A stretch of 53,928 bases of DNA, the filler included, from Sphacelaria rigidula (lineage: Eukaryota): the NCBI GenBank assembly GCA_964200075.2. It is 5 parts of 5 records of this genome, joined end to end, with 100 filler letters (N's around TTAATTAATTAA, not from the genome) between each part and the next. Parts side by side here need not be neighbours in the genome. Positions count along the whole stretch, not along the records: positions 32,419 to 43,124 come from CAXNAA020006053.1; positions 43,225 to 53,928 come from CAXNAA020006054.1; 3 more parts are not named here. One strand, given 5' to 3'. Positions 35,885-48,500 of the stretch are shown here, in pieces. Made by a program: the position numbers and the translations under genes. The notes under the pieces are model-generated. The model did no database searches. It was not told the DNA's origin and saw nothing but the letters and a program-made list of their open reading frames with translations. Numbering within the stretch: the first letter of the stretch is position 1; the number at the start of each line of letters is the position of its first letter.

Positions 35885-38880
35885 ATGTCGCAACCCATTA
35901 GCCCTGCTTCCTCCTCCGGTTCGGGAGGCACACGACCCCGCCGTGCACGAAGCCAAACTATTAACCGTTCTCGCCTCATGAACAAAAGCAGTGCTTCACC
36001 TACAGCTCTACGACAGCAACCTAAGAGCGCTGCTCTATCTACGGGACTTGAAGACCAGCAGCTTGCGAAGTCAAGACTGCCTCACGACCTAGCATTCCGT
36101 GGCGGCTCGACATCAGACGCTGCTCTATCTCCGGGGCTTAAAGACCGACGGACTGCAAAGTCAAAAGTGCCTCATGACGTACCATTCCGTGGCGGCTCGA
36201 CAGCCCATGTCCCACGATGTAACATCCCGTGACGATTCGATACCGGCTCGTGCTGAAGCACCCCCCTCACTGAGGAATGCTTGCACGGATGCCGTTTTGG
36301 GATCCGCGGCTAGGATGGCGCCCTCAGTTGAGCCCATAGCGGTGGGTTCTCCCCTGGCGCCCAGTACGGAGACAGTTAAATCCTCTCCGTCCCAGCCGAA
36401 GCGGCACGCTTCCGTCGTTCGAAATACTGCCACGGGTGTTGCTTCTATTGGAAGTCCTCACTCCACGACCTCTGGTAGTCCAACGCGCCGCACTCCGTCA
36501 TCTGGGTTCGGAACCATGGTCGAGGCCATGATTTTGGCACTTCAGAACTCAACCCAGGCTTCACCTAGTTCCGCTCGCGATCCTTGCACAAATCTTGCCA
36601 TGACACTCAAGACGTTCTACGATGCCACGCTATATACTCAGGCACGCCCCTCTTACGCGCGGGGCTCAAACTACAGAAATTACCGCCGCACGTAGTGACC
36701 CCCCAGTCGCAACTGCGCGGTCTGTACAAACACTGAAAAAAAGCCAGGATAGAGATTACTCTCGTCCATCCTTCGTGCCTCACACCATCATAATTCGACG
36801 CGACGTGATGGGTATGACAACGACAGCCATTCTCCCGGGGGTAGCCCAGGACAGAGCCGTCAATCCTCACGTGGTTCTAGGAAATCACCCAGCAATGGCC
36901 ACACAAGTTTTCGTGCTCCGTTTATTTGGCACTCGCAGTGCCTACAACACATACGTAATGACCACACTATGCATGCGGACGACGTGAGAAATATCCCTTC
37001 TGATCTATCATCGGACCCAGCTTCCTCGATAGAGGAACTAGCGAAAATTCTTCTTATGAGTCCCGGCGTCGTCATCGACGAGCTCAAGCTAACCGCGATG
37101 CCCCATCCCGCTCCGCTGCTGATGCCGCGGCCATTCGTTTGCTACAACGACAGGTTTTAGATCTGCACCGTTTCATTAAACAAAACATAGACTCGTCAAA
37201 GACTTCGGCCACCACTTCTTCGGCAACCATGCGGCAACTACTGCTGTCCCTGCCACGACCACTCCTGCTTCGACCACTCTCGCGGTCGCCCCGAGCGCGC
37301 TGTGACGGCCGCCCCTGCCGCCGCCACTGCCACCGTCAGCGGTGACCATCTTAATGACAAGTCTCCGGCCGCTGTGACTGCCGCCCCTGCTGTCGTCACT
37401 GCGACCGTTGGCCGCGCCCATGCCGCTGACGGGACCCCGGTCAGGCCGCAGCAACAGCCGCAACTCACCAAAAAGCTCTGCCCCGCAGGCTACCTCGCGT
37501 GCCTCTTCATGGAACACGACAGAGGCACACAAGACCGCATCATCGCTCGTTACCGAGCCGACACCGCGGTGCCAGTACTCCCGGCTGCCCCTCCCTCGCC
37601 GGCACCTGCGGTGACCACCCCGGCACCGGCAGTTGCGGCGCCGACACCTCACGACGTGCGAGATACCCGCGCCGCTGACGAAAATGCACTACGCCTCCTG
37701 CGCGAGGAATTTGCCACAAGACAGACCAGTTTACAGCCAAACGTGGACATAGCTACCGCCACCCACTCCGTAGCCCTTCGGGCTCACGAGGAACACCAAT
37801 CGATAGTAGCAGCCAGTCAACGCAGGACTGAGGAGCTGGCGACCCACATTCATCGGACCGCTCAGCACGCTGCGTCTGCAGCGATCTTGCTGCCCGACCA
37901 TCAGGCCGCTCGGGCTCGCGCAACGTCGCTTCAGGCTTCTCCACTATCGGGCTCGGTCTCTCCGCCATCTGCGGGGTACTGCATACCCCGTAAGTCGGAA
38001 GCCGCCATCTCCGACGCGACGACCCTGGACGCACCCCGCATTTCCCTCTCCCCTCACGAGGCTACTTGGCTCGTACATACCGTATGCAATTTCTCCCCCG
38101 ACTTTTCGGTAGACAATCCCCTACAGAGCTCCAGGGTCGCTTGGACTACTGTCTACCATAGGGCTTTAGTTGCCTTGGGTCAATACCTGGACCAAGGCGC
38201 GCAACTCCCCGTCACAGAACCACACGCCCTGACGCTCGCCCAGCTTGTGGCGCAGGCACAAACGGATCCCAATGTTGGTGCCAGCACCTACAGCAGGACC
38301 GCCCATAGCCTTTTGCAGGTCTTACGGAGTGCGTTAGAGTCTGGCACCTGCGCTGACGACGATAACAACGATGGCGATGACAAATGGACTCCGGTCACCG
38401 CGAACTGTCAACCGCACAAACGCCACGGCGACAATGATGACCGTCAGGGTGGCGGACGCGGGGGTCGCCGCGACGGTTCCGGATCCTCTGGTGGAGGACG
38501 ACGAGGATCTAATTCACGACGAACGATCCGGAGTGAACAACACTTCAGCTGGTAACGCACGGAATCTGGCTCGTCGGACAGTTCGTCCCGCAATCCCCGC
38601 AACAGGAATGAGTCAACGACGGACCCGCCGTCAGTCAACTCAATCAACATCAGGCAAGAAACACCTCGTTCAGCTGATGTATCCCGCGAGTTATTAGGTT
38701 TGTCTGACACTGTTGACAAATATCAACCTTTGTCTTCGACCTCGGCCCCCACTTCAGCTGCCGCCGCGGCTGGCCAAGCACAGACTATAGCTCGTGAGGG
38801 TGCAGCAGCTACTAAGGCTGAGACTGCTCGGGTAGCTGCTATCCAGAGAGAGTACATACAGATGGGTGTCACAACCTTTG
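35885..38880 (+). pseudogene. Decayed long coding-like region (overlapping frameshifted ORFs, largest 37302-38555, 417 aa); possibly a retroelement gag/ORF1
   Basis: Chain of same-strand overlapping ORFs in GC-rich DNA with Ala/Pro/Thr-rich, coiled-coil-like and RGG segments. In-frame 90-bp duplication at 36028-36202. No diagnostic motif recognised. Confidence 0.4.
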
Positions 38881-38969
38881 TCATAGTAACACTATGCCTG
38901 CAGCGGACAATGAGGCCTCAGGACAGTTTACCTCGAGTCTTATCTACTCCATCCGTCGCACTTTTGTTT

Positions 38970-39400
38970 CCCCTCAGGGGCAGCAGCAAATATACGAACC
39001 CCGCGAAGCCCACCAGCCTCTTCGGATTTTGTCAATGTTCATTGATCGATTTCTTGCAACAAAGTTAGGAGAAGAATATCCAAAAAATCAGGACAGTTTG
39101 TGAAAAAATGCCTCCCGGCATCTGAGGTCATCGGGACAGAGCCGGCAAGGAGCAGAAGCAGATATACGAACCCCGCGAAGCCTAGCACACTTTTCGGTTC
39201 TTGTCAGTGTTAATTGATCAACTTCTTGTAAGAAAGTTGGCAGAAAAAAATCAAAACAGTGCTTATTGATCAATTTCTTGCAACAAGGTTGGCAACAAAA
39301 ACAAAGCACAACAGTTTTCGAGAAAATGCCCTCCGGGGGGGGGGGTGTACTCATGATCATGCTTGCCGTAGTCATCAGACCATTGCCCTCCGGGGGGGGC
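38970..39400 (+). mobile_element. Family D repeat / MITE-like element with internal duplication
   Basis: tatacgaaccccgcgaagcc block at about 38991 and 39163; related to 28660-28775; weak inverted ends cccctcaggggca / tgccctccggggg. Confidence 0.55.
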
Positions 39401-42400
39401 GGGGGGTTACATGTCCGAAAAAGTTCTCCGCGCTACCGCCTGATTTACCGGCGGGTACCATTCCAAGTGTCGAATTACAGAAGGAGAGTTTAAAGAAGAA
39501 AGACAAAGCTGGCTGCTTTGTGTCAGGGCTCCAGTGCAGAAGCCAAGGCGTCGAGAGCGATTTTGGGATGTGCACTACCTTACATCTGCTGGCGACTGTG
39601 ATGATGTAGAAGTATTGAGTAACTGTCTGTACATGCTGTAAATAGGATGAGATGCGAACTATGAAACGTTCAACGAGCTTCGTTTTAGGCTGCGTGTTCT
39701 TTTGTCTTGCGGCGAGCAGTGTGTGATGGCATTTCACTTTGTGGTGTGCCACCAGGTGCTACTTCGTTCTGTACGGCTGTGCACAAAAAGCAAATTCGCC
39801 TTTCAACAGCTAGTATCCTTCATGTATTGAGTTGCAGAGGGCGAGGTCACACATGAACTTTGACTGTCGTGTCTGAGGGTTCCAGCGGAGAAGCGAAGAC
39901 GCGGAGAGCGAATTTTACTTTAGACGACGCAGAGTGTAGAATAGTACAGTAGCGCAGTGCAGCATGAAATGTTACCATCGAAGCAGTGTAAGGCGTCAAC
40001 ACTACTTCTGATCCGCTTGTTAAACCCCGTGCAAAACGCAGCTCTGCAAGCACAGACAGTTCAGCAGTGCAAGGTCGCATCTGTTCAGTCTCCATTTGTC
40101 GCCGTGGAAGCCGAGAGACGTCTCTGCCCCCCGCGTTTGTTGCGACCAGAAGCGCCGGTACGTTCGCCGTTTGTCGACACACCGAGAGTAGTTCGAATCA
40201 ATCAGATCGCTTACTCCAACACCCCCTTCACCTCAGCCACGGACAGCGTCGGCACGCACAAGCGAGGACAATCCATAGAGCAGAAATATAGCTGCACCCT
40301 TTCGAGGGTGAGCGAAGTGATTGGGAGAGCCGGTTTGTGCGTATGATGCCTCCAACCTTCAAAACAACCTCCAAAGGTGCCTCGATTGAAGTTGCGACAG
40401 TCAAGCCTTGGAAGTTCAATCAAGGCTCGCGCTGCTCGAAATTGGTCGAATTGGGGTGTCCTTGAGAACGCCCATGGACAGAAGCGAAGCACAACGCCAT
40501 GAGCACCAATGAAGCTGAAACTTGTTGAGAGCGTCTCGTTTGATGTTAAAAGAGCGATGGGATGGTTTTTTCACGCAGCGCCGCTTCGAATCAATTCGGG
40601 AACAAAAAAGTACGTGGTTCGGAGCTTCGTGATGATTTATTGCTCTCCTTTGCATCGTGCTTCCATTTTTTTTTCCTTTGTCATGATGGACAAGGAGCAT
40701 AATGAGGAATCATGCGCCGTTCTAATCTAGCAAGCTAGGGTGAGAAACACGTGATACCGAGACGGTAAAACAGCACGCAAACAGACCAGCTACTTCAAGG
40801 AGGGCGGCAGTCACGCGGGAGGGTGTACACGGTTTGAGAGAGCTAAGTTTAAGTGCCCATTTAAGAGATGTGAAAAAACGCTTGGCACACCACTCTCTCC
40901 AACCAAACCCTGGTTTCTCTCAAACCGGACCCATTCTCTCAAACCGAACTCTCTTTTCTCTTCAACCGGATCCGCCCCCAATCCCCCCGCTCTTTTACTG
41001 CACAGTACAGTAGCCCGAGACTCAACATCTTAGTACGTTCGGCAGTTGAAACACACAAACAGCTTCAAGCTCCACTGACTGCAAGTACGATGCCTTGCGT
41101 CGCGGGTATTATTACAACAGTGTTTGTACGGCAGCATTACAGCAGAGAGGTGCAACATGGCGGAGGTGTCATACCATCTTCGTAAGGTCAAGCTAGCCTG
41201 GATGAACGAGTTTGCGTCAAGAGAAACAAAACAAACTTGCATGGCAGACTTCATGTAGCGTTGCAGAAGCTGCCGATGAACGCATGTAATATGTCTGTTG
41301 CTGGGTAGGACAAGGGTATAGGTACTTGGATTTCACTATTGGTGAGAGAATCGCTTGTACAACAGTACAGAGTACAGTACAGTGTGTGGTTTTCTGTCGT
41401 CAGGTCAGTAGAGCCACGATGTTTCAGCTGACTGCCTGTACATGTTAAAAAGTATGTGTAAGCCATGCGATGTACACAAACTTGCATCTTCGACCAAATT
41501 CTATTTTTCGGAGCAAATGTCACGTCGGTTGCTTTGGTGGAATCCGCCATGTGCTGCTCTGTTCTGTGAGGATGTGTACAAAGGACAATCTCACGTATCA
41601 TGAGCAAATGCCCTTTCACCCCTTGGCTTGTATAGGACAAGTTCACCGATGAAACACGGGCGTCTTTTGACAGACGTTTTCGAGACAGAATCCAAGGCAT
41701 GCCCGACGCTGCTGGACCTGGTATCCAAATTTCGGTATTCTCTCGTTCTAGCACGATGTCAGGTACACCTTTCACTGCAGATGCGTTGTTGTGTGGCGGC
41801 CACAACTGCTGCTGTTCGTGTTCTCATCTCGTTGTCTTCGCAATGGTGATCACGTGGGGTGGCAGCTCGGGGGCGTTCGCTTCCCGAGTAGTACAGCAGC
41901 TGAACACTAGTTCACCAAGAGTGTCCACCCACTGACCTGGAGCGAGTTATTCGGAGGAACAATATCATCTCAACACCGAGCACACGCAGGCTTGAAGATA
42001 TGTACCATGTTTACATGGTACATTTCATGAACCAGATCGTTGTTTTTAGTGACTCGTGTATTTTTGGCTCACCTCCCACAGATGGGGTCACTCAAAGTGA
42101 AATGAAATATCTTCGCGTTTCTGATTGACAGCTGCACAGTCGCCATATGCTCGTTTCAACTCTGTGTACAGCACTTTGATCTCACCCCACTTCTGTGCAG
42201 GCCGGAACACAGGATGCGGCACTGCAACTGTTCACGCACTCTCCAGCAAACATCACACTGTGATCGTAGAGTGTGTAGATGCACAAAAGCACAGCGATGA
42301 CTACAGCGAAGAAATTATGGGTGTGGGAAGCGCCTTGTTCGTTTGACTGGAGTGTCTAGCGACTGCTGCGTGCCGACAGCATTATTTTCCGGAGCGAACG

Positions 42401-42752
42401 TCATGACAGAAGTAAAGCAACTCAGGCAGTCAGTCCCGGCTGAGACCAAGCCGTCTTCGAAACGGCCTGGAAACACCACAGCGCAGCGACAGCTACAGCG
42501 CGAGAGACAGCGCATGAGTGTGTTTGTGCTGCGGCACAGTGATACAGGACATGCCCCATGCGGTAGTTTTTCCCCTGATTTTGGATGGGTTCAATTGTGG
42601 CAAAGAGGCGGTTTTCAAACGCTGAGCCAATTCATTTCACCTTGACTTATATTCCTGCTTGCAGCTCTGCCCTGGATGTTGCGGGATCGGATGATCGGCG
42701 GTTCGGTAGCTCCCTTGCGGGATTGGATAATACACCATCGTTGTACTGCAAT

Positions 42753-42877
42753 TTATCTGCTGTCTGCTGTGCGGTGTCTGTATGTACAGTAGGTTTTACG
42801 AGTTATCTGCTGTCTGCTATGTGGTATCTGTGTGTACTGTAGGTGTCTGCTGTGCGGTACCTGTGTGTACAGTAGGT
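42753..42877. repeat. Minisatellite, about 3 copies
   Basis: tgtctgctgtgcggtatctgtgtgtacagtaggt-like units. Confidence 0.8.
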
Positions 42878-43124
42878 TCCAACACCACAAAACTGTATGC
42901 GCGTTCAGGTCCTAAAAAGTAACTCTACAAACACTGCACGACTGCGTTGTGTTGAGTGTTTACTCTGTACTCCATATAATGGGGTCACGTTTTGAGCAGT
43001 TTTTTTCAAGTTCTGCTTGTTTTTCTGTCACAGAAATCTAATGCCGAATCTGGAATGGCCTGAGGCCGCTTCCTATAATAGACAAAAATTAAAACCCAGA
43101 AAAATGTCTTTTTGGAGCTTTTAC

Positions 43125-43224
43125 NNNNNNNNNNNNNNNNNNNNNNNNNNNNNNNNNNNNNNNNNNNNTTAATTAATTAANNNNNNNNNNNNNNNNNNNN
43201 NNNNNNNNNNNNNNNNNNNNNNNN
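43125..43224. other. Artificial spacer
   Basis: Same 100-nt linker. Confidence 0.97.
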
Positions 43225-43304
43225 CGTGCAAGACCCGTGGTGCTGATACGTTCGGCACTGCTGCCACGCGCGTCAGCCGTGGCTTACCACTAGTTATGTA
43301 TTAT

Positions 43305-43730
43305 CTATGAAATATAGCACATGGAATAAAAAACATGAAATAAATAGATGAAATAAATAGATGAAATATAATACATGAATTGTAACATATGAAATATAAT
43401 ATGTGAAACATAATACATGAAATATAATATGTGAAATATATGAAATATAATTGTTGTTGTCTTCACATTAAAAACCGTTCCGATATCTGCGCGGTACATT
43501 GGTACTGGGCATCTTATGCGGACGCCTTCCGTGGTCACAGGCTAGCACAAGAATTCAAAATAAAATAGAGCCAGAGTGAAAAACTCACAAAACGCGATAC
43601 AAGCAAACAGAAATAAAGAAAGAAAGGGAGTACATACTGCTAACCTCAGAAGATCCGGTGAAATATAATATCAAGTATAATATGTGAAGTATAATACATG
43701 AAATATATGTGAACTATAATACATATGATA
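43305..43730. repeat. AT-rich minisatellite (atgaaatataat-like) in two blocks, 43305-43450 and 43659-43730
   Basis: Repeated tgaaatataata units. Confidence 0.8.
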
Positions 43731-45504
43731 TGTACTGTGTGAAAAAAACAACGGGACTAGGAGACGTACGAGTTATAGAAAGGAAATCTCTCTGCACATG
43801 CCCAAATGTCAATCTCCACACTACACGATGTCGCACTCCATTGCTTCAGCGGTCAGGTCTGGGTACTCGCGTAGCCAACAATGGAAAAATTGGACGGATA
43901 CTGTCGACTTTTCTCATTGAATGGTACGGAGCACAGAAGAAATCGAGCGCGCATTTGCATCATGTATCGCGCAGTGTTGAGGTTTTGCGCATTCGTTGAG
44001 ATAATCAGGAGTACGTTCGCAATTCGCAGTGCGCACAATCGAGGGAAGTAGCGCTCAGATCCGATGAAAGCAGTCATCGGGTTGAATACAGTATGTATCG
44101 CGCATCACAGCTGGCACGGTGATGAATCACCTATTTGGCGACTTGCCTCTTGCTTGCACAGTGCACCACATTTGTTGAACCGAAGAATCACGATACAGTT
44201 ATGCCACTTCCATGATGCCAGATAAATCACACCCTTGTGCAGCTGTGCCTTCAAATTGAGGCGTGCATCCGCTCCGGATTAGGTTGCTAGTGTCTGTAGC
44301 ACCGTGCGGTTTTGCAAGCTGCATCCCTGACACAGCCGTGTCGTGGCGTATCGATCATCAGTATTTACGTATCGGGTCATTTTCGGCGAATCGAATAAAC
44401 TCAACTTATCGACGTCTTCATGTTGACAACATGATACCGACAGCTGGCCGTAACCATTCAAACGGTTCGCGTTTCGCCGCCTCAAAACAAGATACTATGA
44501 CCGGACGAGTCATTCTCGCCGTCGGACGGCCAGGCAACATCGCGTCCACACTCTCCAATTACTCGGGGGAAGATCCCATGTGGGTCGAACGAGGCTTTGT
44601 GGAGGAGGGGGGGAAGGGGGGGGCGATGAGACCGCGTGTTCATGCAGCGAATGCAGCTGTGGTTCCTTGTCCGGATACGACAGTACGCAACCGTTGCACA
44701 ACCCCACCCCTGCCAATTCTCGAGACGTGAATGGGTAACTTCATCAACTTGAATAAATTGCTCACTCGCAAAAATCTGCCACAAGTGACCTAGAAATCAA
44801 CGCACCCCGTGTGCGAGATATCAAGTGCGATACGCAACCACCCCGGACTGGTACGCTAGAAAACAAAATTGCAAATCAATACCATGCATAATCTCACACC
44901 AAAATTTTGGGACCCGTAATGGACGACCCTCAAAAAGCCAACATACTCTGCAACCACTTGTCACAGTGAGTATTGCCATCTCCGCGCACGATCATCGACA
45001 GACACACTCTTCACCCACTCCCAACTTCCTCCACCCCCGTCACACATGAAGAACAGCTACCAGGTTCAACCGACTATGATCGAACAAATCGCGAAACATA
45101 ACAGCAAAACGAAGACATACACCACAACGCGTAGTTGAGGACCAACAGGACTCCTGACTCATTTTTTTTACACCTGAACACCAAACACAATTCTATAACT
45201 CGTACGTCTCCTCGTCCCGTCGTTTTTTTCTCCAACACTCCACGCTTGAAGCAAAGATCGAAGCAACGTCGAAACCAAACTCCCGAACGTTAGCGAACGT
45301 GTACTCATCTTGTAAGTTCCCTCTCCACCTTCGCCCGTGACCCATTCCAGTATGACGAAAAATGAACGGCACCACACAAGTTTCACATATCACTCTATTT
45401 TTTCTAGGAACGCCGTCACGATTCCGCGAGCGGCGGGAAACCAACACCTCCCTCGCGACGGGGCGACAGCCACATTGCTCAGCGGGCTACTAGATGTTCT
45501 CTCA

Positions 45505-48500
45505 TCACACCTGCAGATATCCGATCAAAACGGTTGCATGGACGACACGCGTTGTTCGGCAGTCGGTGAGTGATTTGCGGTCAACGGATTGATGACTCTT
45601 CGAACAAGTACACTCGCGTGGAACAACATTTAGTTGTCCGCTGGAACTTGCCCTTCATATCTTCACTACAGGCGGAAGCCCATCAATACTGGGTGTAGGT
45701 TGATTTGATTGAGTTGATTGATGTCGCACTTCAGCTGACCCCACAGGGGTCCAGCCGTGGTCTCGTGACAGACGTACCCAAGAAAACGACACCGAAACAT
45801 GTGCTGCAAGATTCTAATAGTGGTGCACGGCGGTCACTCACGGTGGTGCAGCATTGCTCCGGGGTGCACATGTCGCCGTCGCACCTCACCATTTGCGCGT
45901 CAGGGATGGGGATCAGTCCGTTGGGGCAGGCGAATCCAGAGCACAAAGCCTGCGTCGATCATGACAAGATCAAGCTTGGTACTTTAGACCGCGGGGAGGT
46001 AGTCCATCCGGATCATGCGTGCTCTTTGCAAGTGAATTTACTGTCCATTCACAGTTGGCCTACCCTCGGGCGTGGTGAAAAAACAAACTGGTGGCGGAGG
46101 GTTGACAAATCAGATCGGTGGCGCCCAAGGGTTGACAAAATCAAATCAGGGGCGTGAAAGGGTTACGCCAACAAATCACCAATTTCCAGCAAAGTGTATT
46201 TCACAAATGCTACAATACAGATGCTTGACTCTCGAGGACGACGGGGTGCACTCGCTCAGCTCGGTGAAATTACCTCGCAGCACAGGTCCGTCGTGCAAAC
46301 GGTTTCCGGGCACGTGGTGACGTTGGCCATCGGGATGGGGGTGAAGGCGTTGGGGCACGGGTGGAACGAGCAGAAAGCCTGTATTCCGTGCGAGACAAAG
46401 AAAGAGGGAAGGGATGTTGCACGTCAACTTCACAACGAATTACAATAGGCTGGTCGACAAAGCATCAATCGGCCAACACGGTCAGTCCTCGACGTTCCAA
46501 GGACAACTAACCTTGCTCACCGCACAACTACCCACGCAAGTTCTCTCGGTAAAACACGCATGTTCGTCGTATTCCACGTTGCGATACTCGAAGCAAATAT
46601 TCCCAGGGTAAGTCAAGTCAGAGAGGGTCGAACATGCTCAGCTGCCCCCGATGGATTGATTCGCGACGATTACAAAAGTCGCCCGGGTCTACAAGGAAGA
46701 GGACCGACCTCGCAACACTCCTCCTGCGTGCACTCGCCACCACCGCATTCGATGAACTGCGCGTCGATCACCGGGATGGAGCCGTTGCGGCAGCCGATGC
46801 TGCGAACAAAACATACGGGGCGTGGGTAGACGGGAAAGAGCGGGGTTAGAGATAGCACGAGCCTTGTCCACGGATGAGCATGCGACTTCAAACAAACGCC
46901 GTGCGCTTCAATTCGGCGTTCTCCGAGTGCTTGAAATGGCAGGAACGGAAACCTGAAAGTTAGCGAAGAGAACCCAACACCTGGTGATGGGACCGTCACC
47001 TGTTGCACAGCGGGCCTTCGAGGTTGTTGCCGTCAGGGTCAGTGCCGGCGTGCCTCATGCAGCACTGTTCGTCGTTGCAGCCTCCTTCGCCGCACATCCG
47101 GTCGTTGGTCTCAGGGTTGGGAATGAACCCGTTGGGGCAGGGGTGGCCCCAGCAGAAAGACTGCACGTGATCGCGGACACGGAAAACGGTGGTATCCGAG
47201 CGCGGGCAAAAGCGTCAGCGCTACAACGTAGTAGCGGACACACGTGAACGCGCTGTACGTGGCTTAGTCACGACATCCATGGCGAAAGTTTCTATGGAAC
47301 ACCAGGTCGGGACGCATAGTCATGGTTTCGGCCGAAATCATCATTCCAACGACAGCACGGGAGCTACGGCGCAACTGCGAAGGCTCACCTCGCAGCACTG
47401 GTTCACGGAGCATTCGCCGTTGCACTCCACCTCCCAGGCATTCGGGATCGGAATGTATCCGTTGGGGCAGCCAATGCTGGGGAAGTCGAACGAAGGGAGA
47501 GGATACTGCGGCATGAGTTCAACTAGGAATATGTGAGAGTCACCAGCTCGAGGTTCCTTTCATACAGGGACCGTGACTGGTCGATCCGGCGGAGGGACTG
47601 GGATCTGGGGGCTTATCTCATTTACAACGAAATCGCACGCAAATGTCGCCGAAATGTGTTAAGCGTGGCGGCTGTATTCCCCACTAGGCAAGCCAAGCAC
47701 CCAGCCCTTACTTGCCCGAAATCATGTCTCGCTCAGCGCAACCTGTGTCCGGAGTGTTTCTACTCGGGTCCGGTGACGCGAGGTTTGGGAGATGCCGGTC
47801 CAACACTAGGTATGAGCAGGGCCAGCCTTAAATCGGATTCAAGCTCTGTAGGCAATATCTAGTGGTCACAGACGACTCGAGCCATGATCCGCATATCGTA
47901 TTAATCGTTCAACCAAGGGTAAGGTGCCCATTTGCCCAATCGTTTGGGCCCATATTTTCTCTTTCATCAAATCCATGCCTGGTGGTAATTCCTGGAACAG
48001 AAGGGGCCTTTATTTTTATTTCGTTCTTCAGAAAAGACTAGGGCGTTCCCGAGAAGGAATGGTCTTCATTCTTAAATGCCCTCAACCAGTGAAAAAACGT
48101 GAAAAAAAAATACTGATCCACTAAGCTTCGTTTATTATGCCCTGGCGAGGGCCCACACAAAATTTCATCACACGAAAACCAAACGTGGGCCGGAGAGTGG
48201 CGAGCGAAATACTGTTCCGCATTTCTACCGATCCGGTTTTTGAAGAGGCGAATGCGCTGGCCAATATTCAGATTTGGAGCGTCAAATTTGGTTTAGACAA
48301 TGCATAGGGCACAAAAAAATGGTGAGAAGCACCAGAAAGGTTTTTTTCGTGAGTGTAGGGCAAAAATCAGTTTTGAGGGATAGAAAAACGCCCTTACTTG
48401 AAAGAACTTCTGGTGCTCTCCAACTTTTATATGCCCCATGCGTTGCCCATACCAAATTTGACGCTCCAACTTCAAATATCGGCCGGCTGATTCGCCTGCA

